The notes: generated from the sequence alone by a model not told the origin. A stretch of 63,390 nucleotides of DNA, filler included, from Asterionella formosa (GCA_002256025.1; 20 parts of 20 records of this genome joined end to end with filler, not necessarily neighbours in it); one strand, 5' to 3'. Counted from the whole stretch's first letter, positions 12,533 to 24,901 are shown. Translations and numbers: made by a program.

Positions 12533-13086
12533 TAGCTAATGTTGGTCATACCTGGTAGATGAGTATATGAGTTTCATAAGGAGGTGTGGTCATATCCAAG
12601 CTGTTTTGATCAAAGTGCCAAAGAAAGAAAACATGTACAATAACATGTTGGAATCATCAAACTGTAATGCAAGCTAATTACCATATTTTTATTATGACCA
12701 CTCTCACTTGAGAATCTACTTTTTTCATTTCTGCTGACAAAAAAGTGTTGAACCCTCTGCAACATCAAACCAGTGAATATTTGGCTGACAGATAAAGTAA
12801 CCCACAGTTTACCGACTTTGAAATGAAAAATTTCAGCAATAGTGTACCTAATCCTTCCAATTTATTCTCCTCCGGGCAAGGAAATGTATGTACTATATTT
12901 CAACCAATACAAATATTGGAATGGTATTAATAAAAACGACAAAAGAAAGTGATCCCGGTGATTGTTTGTACCAATAACAAAAGTACACGAGAGAGTGGAA
13001 GTGTGTATATGATGACAAAAAATAAAGGAACTGTATGGAGGGCCCAGGTCCAAAATGATTCCCAATGGACAGTGACAATTGTAGGA

Positions 13087-13797
13087 TCATCTCGCAGCTG
13101 GCTTGAGATCGTCGTCGTCATCAAGAATGTCCTCCGACTTGTTATCATCTTCATAATCTGCTACAATCCCTTCCTGTTCTTGTTGTTGAACAGTATCAAT
13201 GTTATGAATGCCTCTGAAACTATCCTCGTCCTCATCGTCAGCGATTGTTATGGTTCTTTCGGTAACATAATAGGCCAAACTTGGATCCACTCCACTCCTC
13301 CTTCCCCCTCTCTGATCCATTGTAGTATTTTCCTCATCACTACTACTGTTCCCCACAATTGGATCTGGTGTTACACTTAATTTCCTTCGCTTCAACTTTG
13401 GACAAGTGGTAACTATCAAAGATTCTTCTGTCCATTCCGAGTATACCCATGGAGTAGTGGCGAGTGAATCTTCCTGAAAATCATTCTTAGTATACTTGGC
13501 ACGACATTTGATGTGTAATTCTTGTCCTGCAGCTTCCAGGGCACCATCATAGGTAATCGTTGTGGTTGTTTCCGTGTTGTCGTATGTGTGAATTGGAATT
13601 TCACGCCATGTTTCACGTCCACGGACCCACAACTCCAACCCTACTACCGGTAGTTGTATTCCTGGCACTGGTGGTTCATGAGACTTCATTTGTATCGTAA
13701 TAGAAAATTGAGATGTGGTACAATACCTATTTTGAATAATAGGTGAAGGGTACATCACCGATGATGACAGTTCGTTGTTGTCATGGCGTTCCGACAT
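13087..13797 (-). CDS. Hypothetical protein with a fibronectin type III-like domain and acidic tail
   Basis: 236-aa ORF. The pattern PSP...VVGLELWVRGRETWREI...LHIKCRAKY...YSEWTE resembles FN3. KLKRRK may be an NLS. Confidence 0.55.
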   Translation of the reverse strand: MSERHDNNELSSSVMYPSPIIQNRYCTTSQFSITIQMKSHEPPVPGIQLPVVGLELWVRGRETWREIPIHTYDNTETTTTITYDGALEAAGQELHIKCRAKYTKNDFQEDSLATTPWVYSEWTEESLIVTTCPKLKRRKLSVTPDPIVGNSSSDEENTTMDQRGGRRSGVDPSLAYYVTERTITIADDEDEDSFRGIHNIDTVQQQEQEGIVADYEDDNKSEDILDDDDDLKPAAR

Positions 13798-14149
13798 TAG
13801 ATTGAGAGAGAATGAGATATGATATTGTTTGTTTACATATATCTTTATGTATGAATGATTATAGAGCCGACGTCGAGACTCTGGATATCTATAACAAGCG
13901 AGAGAAGGAAAGTGCGAGAGAGGCAGAGTATGTTGTGAGCGGATTGTTTTCAGGTTGCGGTACCGGTAGGGTGTTGTTGGGTATAGGAATGGAAACCAAG
14001 CTTATGCCGGTCATAACCAAGTGCACACATCACCAATCAGCACGATACCCTAATGGTTACTAGAGTGTGCATATGTGGGGCTTTTTTTGTGATGCATGAG
14101 GCGTATGCTGAAGTCAATAAATATATTTTGTAATTAATACATGTATACC

Positions 14150-15050
14150 GGTATATAGATGGCCAGGATCGGCCAGTTGGATGATTTGGCGGAAAATCCT
14201 TACAGCACACTCAACGCTTCACTACAAAGACAGATCCCTATGTTCCTACATCTCCACTCCAACTGGTGTCGACTCACTCAGTGGCTAAACCAAATTGTCT
14301 ATTCCATCAAAATTGGCCTTTATATCTTGGTCCTTCCATGCCAACATTCTACAATCAAATCCACCATGACTGTCCCATCAATTCTCCTTATACTTGAAAT
14401 CCATGATCATGTCCTGACCTGCTCTCATTCCCAATATTATTCAGTAATGAAGTAGACCATTCTTGCTACCCATCTAAAAACAAATTAAAAACACTATACA
14501 TAGTAGCTTTTTTCACCCTAGCATACTATGGTATTCTAACATGGGAAAATGAAAATTCAGACCCTGTTTGTTGGCCATTACCCAAACCAATTCACTAGCT
14601 ATGCACACCTCCAACTCTGCTACATTCTAGCAGCCGTGTAACATAGGCTGGAACCAGGCCTTTGTGGCCATCTCGCCCTCGCATGGGGCAACACTTTAAA
14701 CATTTACCATAAACAATGCTTCCCCTAATCCAAATTTATTCCTGCCCAATGCACATCTCCCCTCCTCAATAGTCTCAGAGTCTATGTATCCAAACAATGA
14801 GTAAAAAGAATTCTATGTTTGTGGTGCAACCAATCAAGCCCCCTGTACTTGGCATACTTGCTGTATCATTTCCGAAATTTCTATTGCCTACAAAAACCAA
14901 CCACTTATTTGGCCTTCCTCTTTGCCATCGACTGCTCCGCTCCCCTTTCACCATGTATGCTTGGTTAACCCTCTACAAGACTACTACTCAGTATCATTTA
15001 CCATCTCTAATCGTCTTTGGGTCATCACACTATCATTGTATAACAATCTG
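14150..15050 (+). mobile_element. Degenerate 3' fragment of a non-LTR retrotransposon (LINE)
   Basis: Broken-frame motifs LEIHDHVLTC (zinc-knuckle remnant), IGWNQAF/GHLALAW and HLFGLPLCHRL...AWLTLY resemble LINE ORF2 C-termini. Many stops; boundaries approximate. Confidence 0.5.
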
Positions 15051-15621
15051 AAAGTACAAAAGGTAATTGGAGATTCATTTGTTTGAGTTGCTAAAGAAAC
15101 AGGCAATATATCAGTTCATAAACTCACAAATTATGAATAGAGTAATGAAAGGGATATGAATTTTATTGTCTATTGCCATCGCTGTCGAAAATTAAAATAG
15201 AAGTTGACAACAATTCATACATGGCAGCATGTGGATCTTCAAAGTTCGAAAAACCAAAGTGATGTGTAATTTTTCTACTTCCACAATTTTTTGGTTTAGT
15301 GAAATGCCTTGACATGTGACAATTATACCAACTTAGCTGGACTAGGGGCTCGTTATGAATAAATTGTCTAGCCTAATCAGCTGTTTCCCAAATTCTGATT
15401 GAGATTGGATGTCTGACTCAATTGTAGTTTTGGTAATTTTTTCTTGGAACAAGACCAGAATATACCCAAGTGATTTGATAGACGCTTGTAGTTGGATGTA
15501 GCTGGAAATCTATTAAGTGGAACATTTACTTCCGAGAGATGAGAGATTGGCTTTTGACAAGCACATTATCGTCTAACTGATCCAGGAGGACATTGCAATG
15601 AAACTACATGGGGTTCAATAA

Positions 15622-17058
15622 TCATTCCTCGTGGTTTCGGTATAAGACATCGGTTCGAATGACATATTTAGTTCCCCTTGTTACAGCACTTCCTTCATGA
15701 ATCAAAGAGGATGTATTTCCCTGTGGAAAAACCAAGGCTGCCCCGCGTTTGGGTACAATACCTCGTGCCATCATGCCGTCCTTGTCGGTTGGTAAATAAA
15801 ATCTCGTTTCACCGCCATCAAAGTCATCATTTAAATAAATGAGAAAGGTCAAGTACGATTTGATGTTTCCACCACTACAATCATATGTTCCATCAACAGC
15901 AAGTCTTGATTCTGGCCAGCTTCCATCAATATGAGGTCGATAGACACAGTCTTGATCGTATCGAAAGCATCTAAATCGTGCATTCAGCTGGTACAAGACA
16001 ACATTTTGTTGTTTTTGCATAGTCCTTGGCAAATGCGATTGTACTCGTCTAAATAGTTGTGCAAGTACACCATCATGGTCTACCAACCATTCACATGAAT
16101 CAATGCCAGTGGGATGGTCCATGGTGGTTGGATGGTCTGGACGGAACCCAAGGTGTGTTGCAGTGTGCACCAATTGCGAACATTCAGATGCCGTCAAGAC
16201 AGAATCCAATACAAAACCACCATCAATGAATGGAATATTGTGTTTCGTAATGGTGGGTGGAATGTTACTGAATGTGATATATCCCGGCGATGTAATGGTA
16301 TGTAGCAATAAATCATATTGATTGGGTGGTGTCCGATCAGGTCCATTTTCTTGATAGACAACACGTGATTCGATGCAAGGTGTGGTAGTGCAAGTACTAG
16401 CAGTAGCGGTAGTATCGTCCAGTACGGTCTCATCGTTCGTCGCAATGTCCCCACCAGGGATGATCCAACCTTCCATGAGTATCAATTCTTCTGAAACAGA
16501 AAGTTGTTTGGCCAGTACTTGTCCCACATCATGTTTGTTGTCGGACGACGACAACTGCTGCGTGTGTGCCAACCGCAGGATTGCTGCCAATAGCTTCATT
16601 TGACATGGTGCTCCATCCACCTCGCGTACCCACCGTTGAATGGTCCCTTGTTTCGGAATTTGTTGATACTCCCTGGCTCCTTGCAATGCTCCCATGGCAT
16701 CACTCCACTTGTTATGATAGAGTGCCAGAGTGACTCGTTTGATGTAATCAATGGGATCGTAAGTATGCAACTGCATCAGAACTAATGGATGCAGTGCTTT
16801 ACGAAGGTCCTTTGTTTGCTTGGAATGGAGGAATAGTTGAGGATTGCTAGTAAGGGAGCCAATGACACGGAGGGTTGTTTGTAGGTCCGTGTCGGAAATG
16901 GCGGCCGTCGTCGTCGTCGTCGTTGCGCCATCAAGGAGAGGAGGAGAACCGTCGTGAGGATTCAACAACAATTCGTTCGTCGTCACAGTAGCTTCACCAT
17001 TGCGCTGCTTTTGAACTGCATGAAACAAGGAGTGCTTTCTCTTTTTATTCTTTGCCAT
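15622..17058 (-). CDS. 2OG-Fe(II) oxygenase, prolyl 4-hydroxylase-like
   Basis: YRPHIDG (HxD), LTFLIYLNDDFDGGETRF, LIHEGSAVTRGTKYVIRTDVLY (distal His and Lys). First ATG at 17058 (MAKNKKRKH); the track start at 17121 is GTG. Confidence 0.9.
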   Translation of the reverse strand: MAKNKKRKHSLFHAVQKQRNGEATVTTNELLLNPHDGSPPLLDGATTTTTTAAISDTDLQTTLRVIGSLTSNPQLFLHSKQTKDLRKALHPLVLMQLHTYDPIDYIKRVTLALYHNKWSDAMGALQGAREYQQIPKQGTIQRWVREVDGAPCQMKLLAAILRLAHTQQLSSSDNKHDVGQVLAKQLSVSEELILMEGWIIPGGDIATNDETVLDDTTATASTCTTTPCIESRVVYQENGPDRTPPNQYDLLLHTITSPGYITFSNIPPTITKHNIPFIDGGFVLDSVLTASECSQLVHTATHLGFRPDHPTTMDHPTGIDSCEWLVDHDGVLAQLFRRVQSHLPRTMQKQQNVVLYQLNARFRCFRYDQDCVYRPHIDGSWPESRLAVDGTYDCSGGNIKSYLTFLIYLNDDFDGGETRFYLPTDKDGMMARGIVPKRGAALVFPQGNTSSLIHEGSAVTRGTKYVIRTDVLYRNHEE

Positions 17059-18992
17059 GATGATAATGGTGATAGCAATTACGGTAGTTGCACAAATTGT
17101 ACTCAACAAATATATTTCCACCGGTATGTTGCTTTGTCAAGAATATAGCATCAATGGCTATAATGAGTCACAAGGACTGTGGACTCAACCATAGTCCAAT
17201 GAGTCATATGGTGCGTTCCCATGTCAAGAAGCTTGCTAACGAGATTGATGTCTTAGATCAATCAGAAGAAGGTTTACATCAACGAAAAGGGAACACAAAG
17301 AACAGGTTCTCGAAGTGTGATGAATAATTTTAGTTTAAGCTTATAATTAAGAAACAATGAGAATTGAGAGAGTAAGGTCAATAGCAAAGGCTAGCAGCAG
17401 AAAGAAGATAACAATACTAGTGGTACAACAGGTAAGTCTTATGTAAGATGAAACCCGTCAGATGGGAAGTAATACGAGACCTTTTAACAGTATTATACCC
17501 AGGGTAACCACAGTGCTGTAGACCACTCACTATATTACCCTGTTTTTGCTTGGTCTAAAATTAGAAAAATGTTCAGCTGACCCCAATTAAAGCCCTTTGC
17601 TTGAGTAGAGGTGGACTAATGCTGCATTAAATTACAAGCTGAATAAATCATTTTAAAAGTTTGAATTTATGATGTCTTTTTTGTGAATTGCTTCATAAAT
17701 CACTCTTCTGTTACCACGTCTTCATCCTTGTCATCCTCTTGAGCTGACAAGGCTGCTGGTGGTGGTATAGCTCCGGCAAATGGGACTGGTGCATTTCAAA
17801 GTCCTGTTATTTCAACATATCTGATAAGTAGCAGTTGTTTTGTTGGTCCTCCATGCTTTCTTCATCATGGTATACAGCCATTTAAAGGGAGTATTGAGAA
17901 ACCTCTGCACTCACACTTAGAATAGTCATTCCAATAATATCTTCCGTTTTCATTGAATTCCTTTTACTTGAAGTCGTCAATTCTACAAGCAGAACATGTT
18001 TGTCAAAGAATATGATACTCTCAATGGCAATTGAAAATGCATCCACTTTCCCTGTAAGCTTCAGTCTGTGTTGAATTTTTGACAGAGTTTATCAATGCAC
18101 CTGCCTTGTTTGTCACTGTGTTGACCTCTCCCATCCCATCCAAATAATTAAACCAAATTTTGAGTTGGTGAAACAAATCAGTTACAGGAGCACTGCCACT
18201 TTTTTGCTTCCATCACTGCATCAAAAAACCAAAGTTATCAGATGCATGCTGGGGTAAATTCAAAATTATCCCCTTTCCTCCTTTGTCTACCACTTTTAAT
18301 ACTATAGTGCACAGTCCCTATCCCTAGTATAGCTATTTTTTTGTTTCAACTCTGCCTGCCGTCGCTCAATTCAGGCTTTTTCTGCTGCTTAGTATACTAG
18401 TTAGTAGAGTGGATTGGTGAGTACAACTTCAGTGAAACACATAATGTGGCTGGTGGTATGTAGATTTGCGATTTGATTGCTTCTATTTTCTCCGTTTTGA
18501 TTGCTTCCGTTATTTGTATTCGTTCCATGCTTTTTTTTGTCTCAATGGTATCTGTCTACACAAAGGCTGATGTATGTATCAATGCCTACTCTTTGAAGAT
18601 GTATTGTTATTGATCTTATTTGTTGATTTGTATAGTTGTTGACCATGATGTCAATATTGCCACCAAGCAATGCTTTTCTTGTACTAACACGCTGTACAAT
18701 CTTTCTACTCAGAGTTTTCATCACAATTTATGTATTAATATTCAGCTAGAGTATGTGATCATTGACTGACACATTATTTTACTGAATTATGCGAAAAGTT
18801 CATCGATATCTGGTAAGTGGAGCATGCTAAAATGGGGCTGCAGTGTTGAGATATAAACAAAACATGGCTAACGAGCGAGTAATTCCTTCTCATTGTTGTT
18901 ATGATTAGGAAATCAAAATAGATAGAACAGAATCGGATCAAAAGGAAATGGGATTTGCAGCATGAAGTCAGATGAGTTTCAGAATCTGAGTG

Positions 18993-19131
18993 GAAGGGAG
19001 GCCGGAGGCATGCATCAAGAGATTTGAAGGCAGGAGGCAATGCATCCTCAAGAGCATTGAAGGGAAGCGGGGGAGGCATGCATCCTCAAGAGCATTGAAG
19101 GGAGGCAGGAGGCATGCATAAAGAGCATTGA
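18993..19131. repeat. Degenerate minisatellite, ~37-bp unit x~4
   Basis: ggaggcatgcatcctcaagagcattgaaggga recurs. Confidence 0.8.
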
Positions 19132-20305
19132 GACAAGAGTAGAAAAGGGGAACATTGGCTGTTTAACCACACAAAATGTAGAAACAAAAAAATGATTTCG
19201 TGATATAACAGTAAAATTACAATCCATTTTAACCTATTTTTAACAGCTATTTCGATTAGAGTTACCATAATATAAGGCAAGATAGGTATATGATAAAAGA
19301 ATATACATTATAGGATAATGTTTTGATAATTATATGGTGGTTTGATTATTATGAGTAAGCTTAGCCTGTTCACTTTCATAGTATGCATTTATCATGCATG
19401 CATATAACGAAATATGTATCATGCACAGAAAAATTCTGTGCCAGTTATCGTATGATACCACTGATCTTATAAGTACGATGTTTTTCATTTGCAGATGTTA
19501 CCTGCCACGGAGTTCCACTTAAAAACTGTAAGCCACTGCTATGACAACTTTTGAACTGTAAGCCATCGCTAAAAAGAGTAAATGCATGGCTGTTTTGAAC
19601 TTAGTTTGGAAGATAGGTTGATTATTGTCACAAAGGAGTTGTTCAGATTTATATAGCAAGTAAATACATATGTACTTATTTTGTTGTATTGTGTACTTTG
19701 TTAAGTACTTATTACAGCCCAAAGGTTGCTGTCGACGTGAAATTGCGAAAAATGGAAATTTTCATATTTACTCTATTGAGCTGGCATCGACTTTTCTACT
19801 CATGCACATGTATAGGGAGAAATTCATTCCTTAGAATTAATTTAGTATTATTAAATGTGTGTTCGACGTCATTGTGCTTTCGAATACATTATGCATCAAA
19901 AGAATTCGGTGATGATACAAGCGCAAAAAGCATACTGCATCGCGCAAAAAAGGTAAAGTAATATGAAAAGAATTTCTGTAGCATAAACGGAGTAAAAATG
20001 ATCATGGTTTGTGGGGAAAATATTCTCATGTATGGTTATAAAATATGAAAGACACCGCTATGCTACAATCTTGATGACTTAAAAAAAATAGGTCTTCATG
20101 CTGGCTTTATACACTGAATCGAAACTGATTATTTATTCGTTGAGTAGAGTGCATCGTGTAACATACATTTCGTACTTGCATCAGGTTTCGATTGTAAAAT
20201 TACTTGAATATTTTTTAGTCGGAAGATGGAGTTTTATAATGGTGGCTTACAGTTTTTAAGTGGTCGTACCGGTACCAGGTATGAGGTACCTGGTACCTGG
20301 TACAA

Positions 20306-20439
20306 TTATTCTGGCTGTCGTCATGCTAAAATCTGGAATTTAGTCCCTAAAAATTCGATTTGCTCCATATTGCCCCTACTAAATAAAAATTACTTAAAGC
20401 GTAAAAATTACTTAGAAGTACCCGAATGGCAAGACGATA
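20306..20439. repeat. Dispersed ~135-bp element, copy 2
   Basis: Matches 8056-8193. Confidence 0.85.
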
Positions 20440-20766
20440 ATGACATAGGGCGCTGGCGGAGCGGGAATTGCCTGCCGCAGTCTATGTATCGGTACCAGGT
20501 CACCGTGGTACCAGGGTAGTGTATACACGAGACAGCATTGCTTGCTGCCGCCATGCTGGACAGCAGGATGTGCGTACATACACTGCCTGTAGCAGGATGT
20601 GGTGGGAGTAGTATCATTGTACACTGCCAGTGTTCCTTATCTGCATTCTCCTTCTTTTGCGTTCTGCCTTGTTGTTGATGCATCATTGCTGTGGGTCTTT
20701 CCATTCGTTGGCAACGAAGTATAACTTCAATTCAATACATTCGATAAAGCAACAACAACAGCAAGG

Positions 20767-23484
20767 ATGCTTCGTGGATCTGTACCTCGTTCCCCATCAT
20801 CATTCGACAAGGATGGGACGAACCGTGTGAGGAATCTTGTCAGTCCCAGTACCGGTAATACTACTCCTCACGACAATGGAGATAAAAATGAAACGGTGAA
20901 AACAACCAATAAAGTCATGTTGAATGAGATTGTAAAAAAGAAACCAGTTGACTCATCCAACATAACGGGCATTCCAGAAGCAACGTCAAATGACACGACA
21001 GTGGTCGCTGAGATTGCAAACGACAAGATGTTGCAACAAAAGAAGGAACACACATTTGGCCTTGCGACGAAGAATACTACTACTGAAGAATCGATCCTTG
21101 AACCATTGAATCATACATTGATGGATAAAGACAATCTGATTGTGGAAACGGTGACTAATACTACTATGGACGAAAAGTCGTCAATGTCCATTCAGCGTGA
21201 TTCGACGACGAACGCTTCAGACGAAACAGGTGATGAATCGTTGTCGTCAAATATTACAACACCGACAGTGCAAGTGGACGTTGTCTTTTCTACGAAGCCA
21301 GAGGAAAACTTCACAATGCAGCAAAAGATTCAAGTTTCAGAATCCGAAGCATTTTGGAATGAAACAAAAATAGGAATCAAAGTTGCTGGAGAAATTCTTG
21401 CTGGAGACACCATAGTTTCAACGGACAAGGTCAATGTCACTGCGAATGATAGAAACAACTCAAAAGAAGGAAGAAACCATAAAGCTGAGGAGGGAAAAAA
21501 GGAGATTAAAGCAGTGGACACTGAATTCATTTCGTCGACTGGACCATTGTTCAGTGGCAATAATGAGACAGAAACCAAAGTCATTATGAAGAATGACAAT
21601 ACCACCATCGAACGAACCATCCACGCTGAAACTCCTGTCCTAGTCAAGTCAAAGGTAGGAGCAAGCGGTGGCGACGATTTCGCACCAGTTACGACTGCAA
21701 GATCTGATACGGAAGGTACTCCGAACGAAATTTCCACAACAATAAACGCTGATTCAGCGACTAGTAAAGGCTCCGTAGTCACGACTGGTACAGAAGAAGA
21801 ACTCGAGGAAGGAGGCGGTCCCGAGAATTTCCCAGGAAACTATTCAGACGTGAATACTGTTAATCTTTTCTTTGGTACGGCGACCAAAAACAGAACTGTC
21901 AATAGTGAAGAGGATGGTACTGTTGATGATGCTGTTCCAACGGAAAAGAAGAGTGACAGCTCCTCGAAGACGGTTGTCAGCAATCACAAGGATTCTTCAT
22001 CCAAGAAAAATAAAGGCGAGGAAAAGGATACTTTTAAGACTACTGAGGACAAAACTGCTGATGACAACGGTTCGACAAAGAACAATAGTGACAGCTCCTC
22101 CCAGACAGTTGATAATGGTGACAAATTTTCATCGTCCAAGGAAACGACCGGCGGGGATGAGGATCCAGTCAAAGCCACGGATGACGAAACTGCCAATGAC
22201 AACGATTCGACAAAGGACAAGAGTGACAGCTCCTCCAAGACATCTGATAATGATGACAAAGTTTCTTCGTCCAAGGAAACAGCCGGCGATGAAAAGGATC
22301 TTATCAAAACTACTGAGGACGACACTGCTGATAACAAGGGTTCGACAAAGGACAATAGTGACAGCTCCTCCCAGACAGTTGATAATGGTGACAAATTTTC
22401 ATCGTCCAAGGAAACGACCGGCGGGGATGAGGATCCAGTCAAAGCCACGGATGACGAAACTGCCAATGACAACGATTCGACAAAGGACAAGAGTGACAGC
22501 TCCTCCAAGACATCTGATAATGATGACAAAGTTTCTTCGTCCAAGGAAACAGCCGGCGATGAAAAGGATCTTATCAAAACTACTGAGGACGACACTGCTG
22601 ATAACAAGGGTTCGACAAAGGACAATAGTGACAGCTCCTCCCAGACAGTTGATAATGGTGACAAAGTTTCATCGTCCAAGGAAACGACCGGCGGGGATGA
22701 GGATCCAGTCAAAGCCACGGATGACGAAACTGCTGCTGGCAATGTTTTAACGGTGAGCGAGACTGGAAGCTCCTCCACGACGGTTGACAATGGTCATGAG
22801 GAGGAAACAACAGTCGATGCCAATACTGCGAATAATGAAACTGCTGTTGATAATGGTTCAAGAGAGAACGAGATTGGTGTCTCGTCGAAATCGCTTGACA
22901 GCAATGACGAGACATCCGAGCTAGCAATCGAAACGATCGATATTGACGACAAGGACGCAGAGACCGATGGCATGTCCCTGGATAAATCCGAAGAAATTGT
23001 CGAAACTGGCAACATCGGTTCAGTGGATGTTGTTGCTGAGAAGGATGCATCAGGGCCAGAGGAAGGCACGGGCAATGAAGAGGAAGGTACCGAAAATGAA
23101 GAGGAAGGTACGGAAAATGAAGAGGAAGTTGGTGGGGATACAGGTGGCAACGAAGATGCTGCTGGAGACCTTTGGGCTAGTACAAATCAGTATCAATCTG
23201 TTGTTACTACCTCTCCACCGGCTCAAACGATTGATTTATCCAGCGGCAGCATCACCGATCAAGGCTTACCTCCTTCTCAAGGGCTCCCTGTTATTGCTGC
23301 GACTGATGATGTCCCTGGTGGGGGTGGAGGGATGTTAGGAATGCTCCTATTTGTGATTATTGGAGCGGCCATATATTATTGGGCAAAGAATCGATCTAAA
23401 TATGTCGTTTCCTCCCTTAGCAACCGAGAAGGTTATCAACGATTATCCTATGGCAATGATTCTGTTGTCAGCAAGAAAAATTAG
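20767..23484 (+). CDS. Acidic Ser/Thr-rich single-pass membrane glycoprotein, TGN38-like architecture
   Basis: 905-aa ORF with many NxS/T sites, a C-terminal TM (MLGMLLFVIIGAAIYYWA) and a short tail containing GYQRL. True 5' end uncertain, because no signal peptide follows the first ATG. Confidence 0.8.
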   Translation: MLRGSVPRSPSSFDKDGTNRVRNLVSPSTGNTTPHDNGDKNETVKTTNKVMLNEIVKKKPVDSSNITGIPEATSNDTTVVAEIANDKMLQQKKEHTFGLATKNTTTEESILEPLNHTLMDKDNLIVETVTNTTMDEKSSMSIQRDSTTNASDETGDESLSSNITTPTVQVDVVFSTKPEENFTMQQKIQVSESEAFWNETKIGIKVAGEILAGDTIVSTDKVNVTANDRNNSKEGRNHKAEEGKKEIKAVDTEFISSTGPLFSGNNETETKVIMKNDNTTIERTIHAETPVLVKSKVGASGGDDFAPVTTARSDTEGTPNEISTTINADSATSKGSVVTTGTEEELEEGGGPENFPGNYSDVNTVNLFFGTATKNRTVNSEEDGTVDDAVPTEKKSDSSSKTVVSNHKDSSSKKNKGEEKDTFKTTEDKTADDNGSTKNNSDSSSQTVDNGDKFSSSKETTGGDEDPVKATDDETANDNDSTKDKSDSSSKTSDNDDKVSSSKETAGDEKDLIKTTEDDTADNKGSTKDNSDSSSQTVDNGDKFSSSKETTGGDEDPVKATDDETANDNDSTKDKSDSSSKTSDNDDKVSSSKETAGDEKDLIKTTEDDTADNKGSTKDNSDSSSQTVDNGDKVSSSKETTGGDEDPVKATDDETAAGNVLTVSETGSSSTTVDNGHEEETTVDANTANNETAVDNGSRENEIGVSSKSLDSNDETSELAIETIDIDDKDAETDGMSLDKSEEIVETGNIGSVDVVAEKDASGPEEGTGNEEEGTENEEEGTENEEEVGGDTGGNEDAAGDLWASTNQYQSVVTTSPPAQTIDLSSGSITDQGLPPSQGLPVIAATDDVPGGGGGMLGMLLFVIIGAAIYYWAKNRSKYVVSSLSNREGYQRLSYGNDSVVSKKN
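21949..22740 (+). repeat. Coding higher-order repeat: 270-bp unit made of two diverged 135-bp (45-aa) monomers
   Basis: acaatagtgacagctcctcccagacag at 22082, 22352 and 22622; alternating monomer aagagtgacagctcctccaag at 22219 and 22489. Confidence 0.95.
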
Positions 23485-23664
23485 ATTTATCTATTTAATT
23501 TCCTATTATGGAAAGCCACATTTTTTTCAAAGAAAGGCATATAGATCTGTAAATGAACGATGACCATATTACAAGTAAAAAGAAACGCCTAGAAAATAAA
23601 AATAGTCCTTGTACAAGTTGAAAACAGATCACCCTTAATATCCTTTTATCATTGTGTCCTTCGC

Positions 23665-24318
23665 TTACTCCTGTCCAGCTTGAAACAGAGCCGACTTTTC
23701 CAAAAGACCACGTCGGTTGTGCACCTTGACAATGTTTCCATCGGCTGCCAGTTCGCCGGAACGGCGCATGCGAACATAATCCTCTCTAGGGTACTTGGTG
23801 AATCCCCATTTGAGACTCTTGAGAATCTTCTGTCGTCCAGCAAACTTGAACTTTCCACGTCGAATGGCTTCAATGACGTGCGGTTCGTTGGCATCCTTGG
23901 ATCTGACCGAGATAAGAATTTGTCCAATTTTAACTCTAGCCGCAACACCAATGGGCTTTCCGTAGGAGTGGCGCATTCCTGACGAGAGTCTATCGGCTCC
24001 CGCGCAGGACAACATTTTATTGGCACGCAGGACGTGAAACGGGTGAGCCCGGATACGAATGTGGTAGTTGTCCTTTCCAATGGTCTTGGTCAAGTGCTTG
24101 TTGATGGCGACACGGCAGGCTTCTAGGGCCTCCGAGGAGACTTGCTGCTTCTCGTCCGTGGCAAGGTGAGCCACAAAGGGGAAGAGATCGACGGGGGCCT
24201 TCTTTGCACCGACATCAAAAATGCGGATTTTGGCTTCTGGCACACCACGGCAGTAGCGGGACTTGATGTACGGCTTGTTCTTTTGGTAGCGGTAGCAGCG
24301 GGATGGACGGCGACCCAT
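23665..24318 (-). CDS. RPL10: 60S ribosomal protein L10 (uL16)
   Basis: [27 protein letters not shown]...[20 protein letters not shown]. The real start is the ATG at 24318, not the ORF-track start. Confidence 0.98.
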   Translation of the reverse strand: MGRRPSRCYRYQKNKPYIKSRYCRGVPEAKIRIFDVGAKKAPVDLFPFVAHLATDEKQQVSSEALEACRVAINKHLTKTIGKDNYHIRIRAHPFHVLRANKMLSCAGADRLSSGMRHSYGKPIGVAARVKIGQILISVRSKDANEPHVIEAIRRGKFKFAGRQKILKSLKWGFTKYPREDYVRMRRSGELAADGNIVKVHNRRGLLEKSALFQAGQE

Positions 24319-24901
24319 GTTGGACGAATTGCTGTTTCTGAGAAAGGAAGAGTGAGGGACTACAGTTTGTAATTCATTGATACATTCATGCGTCGACGCT
24401 TCCACCAGACGCCCTTCCCGTGATTTTCATGGTTCGACGCTGGCGTGAAACGTGGATACGATCGCGAATTCGATGGACGACGGAAAACAGCAATCCCATG
24501 GTACATACACACACCTTGACCGCACAAGAAAATAGATTGTCCAAGATGCTGTATTTATTACGCACGATAATCCATAGCAGGAGCAAGTAAGTGGCAAGGG
24601 CGGTAAAACTCAATGTTTGTCTGTCTAGTATGGCCTTTTTTGGTGTCCGTGTCTGTGTGAAGGGACGACAAGTGGATGCCCCGGCAGAACCTGTTTTGTC
24701 ATGACGAATGACCACAGTGAATGACTATGGCTTCGACCGTGTAAATGTGTCATCTCACGACCACAATTCTGACGATGCGTTGTTCCTATTGGCTATTTTT
24801 TGTACATGCCGGTAATTGTTTATTTCTATCATGAACCATGAGCGAGCAGTAATTAAATTTCATTCATCTCGTGCGTTCAATTTATAATACCTGTATATAC
24901 A

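Noticed and set aside
21872..22790. 292-aa and 268-aa overlapping ORFs
   Set aside because: Alternative-frame and antisense shadows of the coding repeat.
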